This document shows, piece by piece, positions 35,505 through 42,948 of a stretch of 42,948 nt of DNA. How positions within the stretch are numbered: position 1 is the first letter of the stretch; the number at the start of each line of letters is the position of its first letter. The translations under genes and the position numbers were made by a program. The stretch is from Octopus sinensis (Eukaryota), in assembly GCF_006345805.1 (NCBI RefSeq), contig NW_021835558.1, positions 1 to 42,948 of the forward strand. The letters run 5' to 3'. The notes under the pieces were generated by a model. That model was not told the DNA's origin. It worked only from the letters and a program-made list of their open reading frames with translations, and ran no database searches.

Positions 35505-38500
35505 AGATTGTCTTTCGAAATTGACTTTTTACGTTAGAATATTCATATCTCAAATTTTAAAAGTTTACTATTACTATTTTAAAATGAAAAATTGATTATT
35601 TTAAAATGGAAACCCTCTAAATATAATAAACAATATAATAATTAATCAATAATTTTCAAAAATGAGGTTAGGTTTGTTATGTTGTCAATCTTAGTTTTCC
35701 AGAAGTCATTAAAACCATCAAAAATAGGTTTAAAATTGGACTTAGAAAAAAGTAAGATACTTTTCATATGGACGTAATTGATATTAATGACATTTTGATG
35801 CGGTCCATTAATATGCCGGGTCCATTAATGAGCCGGTGACATTAAATATTTAAAATAGAATGTAAGCTTGCATAATGAAGTTATTATAATGTGGCCTTGC
35901 AACGGGGCTGTGAGTATACTGACAGCACAGATCAAGGCAAGAGTGAATAACACAGCAAAACAAGAAAAACGTGCTACTTTTAAATGTTTATTAAAATAAT
36001 CAAATAATTATATATAATAAAGTAATATCAAATTAGTCAAAATCGTGATATGTCTTAACTTTGTGAGTTGATAAAAATTAGCGTTAAAAAGTTGTAGTTT
36101 GGAAAAAATTTAATGTTTATCTAATTTATCAATCATTTAAATCGTTTATTGAAATAAAAGATTATTAAAATTATCGTGAAAAATGGATTTTTTGAGATCA
36201 AATTTGAGGAAATGTTGTCGAAAGGTGGGAATGTTTTGTGACTGTTTAGATTTTTGGTGATTCTGAGAGACCGGCCAATTCATTTCGAGATTAGATTGGT
36301 GATTAATGCCAAGTTGCTGGTCAGGAAAGACTAAAAAAAATAATTTATCTTAAAATCTTTTTTGTTAAAATACATTAATCTTTAATGATTAAAATAAGAT
36401 GATTTGTTCAAGGGTAAATTAAAATTTTTCAAAGTAAAATGTAACCGGTTGCCCATACGTACCAAGCTGCCCATGTCACATGTATTATTTATTGAAAAAT
36501 TTGCTGACAATACTCTTATAATACTTGTTTATTATGGAGTTAGTTTGGATCAAAAGACGCGTTTTCATGCTTTTTGAAATTAATTATTCGATATTTAGAA
36601 TTTTATATGACGAAAAAAAGCAAAATATTTTTCTCAAATTTTTGTTATTTTATAAATTTGTTGACAATGAAAATCAAACAATATAAACATCAAACTGTTT
36701 TATGGAATTAAAAGAGTTTTTTTGTGTTTATTGTCAAAATAGTGATAATTGTCAATGTTTTTAAGATTTTCGTGATTTTTATCTGAATTATTCGGAATAA
36801 ATATTCTTTTGATAAAATTGTGTTCTTAAAATAAATTTTTGTGTTTACTTGTTCTAATTTAACTAAAAATAGTTTATTTCATATTTATAGTTAGCTTTAT
36901 GCAATAATTAGTCAACACATTACATAACCACTTTAAATTCTGAATGTCTAGATGTATAAAACTACGAATAAAAATATGAATTGAAAATAAAACTTTATTT
37001 CCATAAAAAAATTAATTTGTTTTTAATTTCTCTAAAAAACGACTTTTCTTGTTTCAATTGTATTAACTTTCATTGAATATAATCAAAATCAGTAAATTTA
37101 GAGATCCAAAAATATTTTTCAGAATTAATTAAGAAAAATATTGTTTTCAATTTTAGTATTGTTTTCAATTAAATTTAAATTCAAATTATTTGACAATATA
37201 TTACTCTATTTGTACTTAGAACAGATAAGCCAAAAAATAAATACTGGGAAATCAAACAATACAACTGTTTTATTTTATGAAATGAAAATTCGGCATAGAA
37301 TAAAAGTATAACAAACATTAATAATCATTAAGTAATGTTGATTCAAAAAAATAGAAAAATAAATTAAAAAATGTCTGAAAAATAAAATTATACAAAATTA
37401 TTCATACATACATACATAAATAAAATTACAATAAAATCGCATAAATAAATTAATATACTTAAGAATTAGAATAAAAAATGAAGCGTAAGATTAAATTTTT
37501 TATTAATTTGTCAATAAAAGCATGCAAAAATGGCTGAGCAATTTTTTTTGACGAGCACTGTAACATTTAGAATCGATTTGACGATTGGAATTTAAAAAAT
37601 TAAATCATCAAAGTGAATAAAATAATATATTATTAAATCATAAACTAAGGAATAATACATATCACAATATTGTAAAAACAAACTCATAACCAACATTTTT
37701 TTTAATTCATGGAAGGTTCTGAGCAAATATCAATATGCATAAAGTCCTTGAATAGAATAAATAATTATGAATAAAAAATTAATATTTGCAGCAAAATAAG
37801 AACAACAAAAGAACGTGCGTGCGACTCGTCATAATTAATTAAAAGTGTGAATTTATAAATTTTTAGGTTTACCATTAATAAATTAAACGATAATAATATA
37901 ATTTAATATATAATTTAAATTTCTTAAATCCATGTATAAAATCATGATAGTTTGAAAAAATTTTATATTATTTCTAGGCACATGACTGTGAAAAGTCGCA
38001 TTAAGTTGGGAAATAGTGATTGTTGCCAAAGCCAAATTCGGGAGGAGGCCCGTGACAGATGATTTCTGATTGGTGAGAATTAAAATCAGAAGTTTTCTAC
38101 AGAAAAATCTATGGCCAATATTAAGAGCGTAGTGGGGTCAAGTGTTGAAATTTATAAATGAACTGTCATTTAGTTGTCTGCTCAGATTAAAAATATCCAA
38201 TTGATTCTAAGCAATCCAAAGAAATCTACGAGGAAAGTAGCAGGAAAAAGTCAACAAGGACCTTTGCGGGCTTAACAGGAGACGGCTCAAAGAGGAGAGA
38301 TGGAAGTTGGCAAGTAATAGTCTGTACTCTTTCTTCAAGAAAAGAAAGTACCCAGACAAATGGTCTTACATAAGGATCACGTTCAGAGGAAAGAAGTGTT
38401 TAAACACTTCACATACATCACTTGCCAAATCTAAATCGTGAAATTTTGACAGGAATGGTTTTATGTCGAAAAAAACCCACATGGCTACAGATTATGTTGT

Positions 38501-38938
38501 TTGGAAATATAATATCTAAACCTGCTTAGACATAAAACTAAGGATGCTAAAGGAAATGCAAAAAACTTTAACAAAAACGAATCTACAAGAATCAGTTTTT
38601 TTGTGCTATGCTACTGCCCGAGAAGACCACTGCAAAGCAAGTCAAGCAAATTCTTTTCGAATATAACCACCTAAAACGATTTGAGAATATCTCTAATACA
38701 TAAATGAAGGAAAAGAGATACGAAAAAACGAACGAAAAATTTTTATTAAAAAAAGGCTGTTAGTAGAGGGTATAATTAAGACTTTCCACGAAAAATAAAT
38801 TTGTTTTTAATTTCTCTAAAAAACGACTTTTCTTGTTTCAATTTTATTAACTTTCATTGAATATAATCAAAATCAGTAAATTTAGAGATCCAAAAATATT
38901 TTTCAGAATTAATTAGAGAAAAATAAAGTCAAAATAAA

Positions 38939-39711
38939 TTAAAAATCGAAATAGGCAGAAGCATAGCTAACAGATGACTCACCTCTCTTCACAACTCGAC
39001 TAGACTGTTCGTAACGGACAAATCTAAGCGTTCCACCACAACCGCTCTCTCTAATAGTCTTATCATACACAATCCGACTACAAACATGCAATAAAACAAG
39101 AATAGGATTCCTTCCACATATCGTATTCCTCGTAGTCTCCAAATAGTCCTCAAATCCTTCAGGATTTAGACTTTCAATCTCATTCATGCCCTATTTTTTG
39201 ATTATTTCAAAAAACAGCTCGATCCATGGCTTCGATTGATTCCCAAATCTCTCCCTTAGAGGGGTCGTAGGGACTGAACATAAATCGCCTTCCTTTGAGG
39301 ATTTACTCATTTTAGTACCCCAGTGACAAAAATCGGTGGAAATGACAAAAAAATTGGTTTTGTCCATCAAATATTTTGAGAGGATTTTTGCAGTTCTTCT
39401 TCTCGACATTTCAGAATCACAGGACCCCACCATGATTGGGACAATTTTAATTGATCTTTAAATTATTTATAAATAATTATATATAATTAAATATAATTAA
39501 TTTACCCTCCGAATATTTTGTAAATAAATGGATATTGCATTTCGAGAGAATGTTCGTCCATATCCTGTTGTATACTTATTTCTTTAAATATTTTAGTATT
39601 TCTCAATTCTTGTATTACTAAAATATATATAATATAAATTAATTATATTATTAAAATTAATTAAATACATTTTAAATCAACTTGAAGATTTCCTAGTGGG
39701 GTCTCCACTAT
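38939..39711 (-). CDS. MEMO1: MEMO1 mirror copy (one extra in-frame Arg codon; checked splice sites intact)
   Basis: Reverse complement of 3215-3986. ORF 39191..39433 reads MSRRRTAK versus MSRRTAK on the left. Confidence 0.92.
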
Positions 39712-39974
39712 TTCAGCAATTATTCATTTTTATAAATATATTAAGAATATCACAAAATATGCCTTGAATTTAAGTCGATAAGCCACGACTGAGTTATGGC
39801 CTCAATTAGTCTATAAATAGTCCTTTTTGGTAGAAATTTTATTATCATAATAATTTCTTGTTCATCTAATACGAATATGTTTATATATCATTAATGCCTG
39901 TCCGTTACATTATTTTAATAAAATCAGTAAATTGGGTTAATTATTATTCATTTATTTTATTGGCATCCGACAGA

Positions 39975-40478
39975 ATGTCACTTCCCGAACAAAGTCCAGA
40001 CGAATCCAAAATATACGACAAGAGCTATTTCAAGTCTAATCACTTTTGGATAAGAGTGTGCTTTTGTGTATGATTGTGACCTCACTGAACAGAGTGTGGC
40101 TATTTCAGTGGTGATCAGTGTTTCTGCTGCCATCCCGGGTTCAACGCGGCTGGGGGAGGATTCGTGGTATTCACAGGCCTAATGTCTCTTCTGTCCAATC
40201 TACTAAACATTGCATTATGTTTCTTCAAACTCAATTCTCGCTTCAATGAAAACACGTGCACATGGTGAAATAATTCTAAATACTCCTGTGCGTGTTCTAC
40301 GCTATTTCGGCTATCATTTCGGGAAGTAACAGTAGAGTCATGTTTGAGGATGTCAGTCCCAACTCTATAATCGCGGCGGCGGTATGTCTTCCTTTTAATG
40401 TCAGGTCATCTCTCATCCATCGGCACAGTGATTCACGGAATAGTGGCTTTTCGGTCGTACATGTTACTGGAGAAATAA
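39975..40478 (+). CDS. Mirror copy of the candidate membrane-protein gene
   Basis: Reverse complement of 2450-2953. Confidence 0.3.
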
Positions 40479-42003
40479 TAAATCATTTAAAACTAATTAA
40501 AATAGCATTTTAGTCATTAGCATTTTTAAAAAATATTCGTTCTAATTTTTTGTATTCCTTAGAAAAATTTGAAATTAGAAAAATAAAAGACCCTAATCGT
40601 ATCAAAAAATTAAATATAAACTCACAACACTAATTTTGTTCATATTTTTTTAAATGATCGAAACAAACGAAAATAGTCTTTTGATTATTTCCAGGAATAC
40701 AATTCTAATTAACTGTCCCAAACAAGAAAATATATAATTTTGAATTGTCGACTCTAATAATGATATTCACTTTTTTTCTGTCTATAAGTTTGATATTTTT
40801 CTCTACAGATAAGGATAATAACAGGGAATGAATTTTTTGATATTATTTTAATATTTTAAAGCCGATTAAACTCTTTACTATGAGTTTTTGTTTCTCTCGG
40901 ATCTATTCTTAATTAAAAATAATATTACAATTGATTATAGAGTATTTTACGTCTCTATAACTAATTGCTAAAAAATAGTCAATTTGATTCATTCGACACG
41001 CCCTAATATTAGTAAATTTATTATTTTTCATATTCAAACCAAATATTGTTGTTTTTATCCGCTAGTGTGTTATTATATTTTTAAATTGTTAAAAAGTAGT
41101 TTTAAAATACTGCCCAACTTACTTCGATTCTTAGTGGTCAAAATCATATTTACTAAATAAAAATTATTAAGATATTAACCTATTGCCTGGCTTTAATAAA
41201 GAATAAACATTCTAAAAATAGCTTTTCGGTAAATTAGTACGAAAAAGTAGAAATAACCACAGTAAAGACCATAAATAAAGGAAAAAAAGAAATTTTATTA
41301 AAATTTGTTAGATGAGTCCTTTTAATTCAATCAATCGGAGCTGACAATCAAATATCTAATTATTGAAGAACCTTATAGAATTGCGTCTTGTTCATTATAA
41401 ACAGATAAACTTTTTAGAAAAAACACAAATAAATGACAAAACTATGAACATTCATTATAGATTAGCCATCCAGGAGATAAGAAAAGGACATGTCGGAAAA
41501 TCATTTTTTTCAATGCTGATATTATTCAAAGAGAGTATGTCTGAGATACCAAAAAGTCACCCACAAATGCTGTTTTATTTGCACAAAGCGACATTTCGGT
41601 ACAAAATTGATAAATATCGAGGAGTATAGTTCCACTGGAGAAGTCCAGGGTAATTATGATAATAAAAAAATACTCGCGAATAGCAAGTAAATAACTATTA
41701 TGATATATATCAAGTTGTAGACTATTTCATACATTTCGAGTCTTTTCGGGCAATCTATAAACTTATCATAAATCTTCAGACATTTGTTCGACTCACTGAA
41801 CTGTGGACTACAATTGACCTAACTGGACCTCTAAAGAAATAAAATCAAAATTGACTTTAAAGAAATAAAATCAAAATAAATAATAAAATAATTGAATTCA
41901 AATTTTATAATTAGTAAATGAAGGTTGATAGAGCTAGTCCTTCCAAATCAAATCAAATAAACACGTACATATAACTAAATCAACCACGTAAATTTTATTT
42001 ATA

Positions 42004-42635
42004 TAGGGTTTTCGGATCAATATAATAATTTTTTCGAACCATATAATAATTTTTCGAATCAATATAATAATTTTTAAATTTAAATAAAATTAAATTTTAT
42101 TGACCTGAATTTACTGTTAATGGATTCACATAATCAAATGCTTCTGAATATTCAATCGAACCAGCGATGGTCGCCGACAAATAATATCTAATCCTATTTT
42201 TTACACTACCGTGGACTGAAAAATGATACTGAAGTATCAACTATAATCAGGAAATTTTTGCCACCATACTGTCCTTTTTAAATCCTATTGAAAATGTTTT
42301 TTCAGTATGGAAAAACTTGGTAGTCCGTGGTAAAGCCAAGAATGAAAAAGATCTTAGATGCCTAATTACATCTAAATTCAACAAAATAACAAGTGAACAT
42401 TGCGGATCCTTCTACAGAAAGATGTTAACGTATTTGAATAGATGCTCAAATTCTGAAGTGATTCAAGAATAACGATAATTTACTCTTTTACTCTTTTTGA
42501 ATTTAAAATTATTATATTGATTCGAAAAATTATTATATTGATTCGAAAAATTATTATATTGGTTCGAAAAATTATTATATTGTTCGAAAAATTATTATAT
42601 GATTCGAAAAGTTATATATTGATCCGAAAACCCTA
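42004..42635 (+). mobile_element. Mirror copy of the Tc1/IS630-type non-autonomous element
   Basis: Same TIRs, TA flanks and frameshifted PPY..NPIEN motif as 299-929. Confidence 0.85.
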
Positions 42636-42948
42636 TATTAATAAAAGATCCCATGATAGAGTGTACATTTTTTGTGTCTATTTCAGGTCCTTATAAATTT
42701 GATGGGAAATTTTTTAAAATCTTATTATTTCACAATTAACACGTGAATATGTCTAAAATTTGTACGATTTAAAAATTTTTTTGTTCAGATTACATTCTTG
42801 ATGTCAGGCTGAAAGAATCAAAAGACTTAATAATTAATTTTATTAAAAACTTTATTTTGAAATTTATTAACAGTCATAAACATATTTATCAATTATTTTT
42901 AAAAAGAAAAATGGGTCTATGGTTTTGACTAGAGATACGTTGTCAAAA

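Larger units (their letters stand above)
21942..42934 (-). repeat. Right arm of giant inverted repeat
   Basis: Starts ttttttgaaaatgatccaactcagg, the reverse complement of 21001-21025 with one mismatch. Collinear with the left arm throughout (coordinate sums ~42925-42967). Confidence 0.98.

Noticed and set aside
1-42934. Palindrome as a pure single-molecule fold-back read artefact
   Set aside because: Arms differ by substitutions and 3-13 bp non-homopolymer indels, not expected from copying one strand. A haplotype mis-join remains possible and is kept as the refuting scenario in the main finding.

Overview
AT-rich eukaryotic DNA, almost certainly from an animal because it contains a nuclear-receptor zinc finger. 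The whole window is one giant, slightly diverged palindrome: 1-21025 is the reverse complement of 21942-42934, separated by a unique ~916 bp spacer (21026-21941). The arms run to the window edge, so their outer ends are not visible. Each arm carries a MEMO1 gene split by 25-52 nt introns, a truncated nuclear-receptor DNA-binding-domain gene, an RPL21 pseudogene and a degenerate 18S rRNA fragment. Each arm also holds many mobile-element remnants: several CRE-clade non-LTR fragments (PHD, RT, CCHC/RLE parts), a Ginger2/TDD-like DDE integrase with three 26-28 nt introns, Tc1/IS630, hAT and copia pieces, and internal ~1.2 and ~1.45 kb direct repeats. The spacer continues a CRE fragment from the left arm and holds the 5' half of a pogo/Tigger element cut at the right-arm boundary, which points to a fold-back junction. 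All family assignments come from recalled motifs, with no database search, and identities are by eye. An assembly or chimera origin for the palindrome cannot be excluded without reads.
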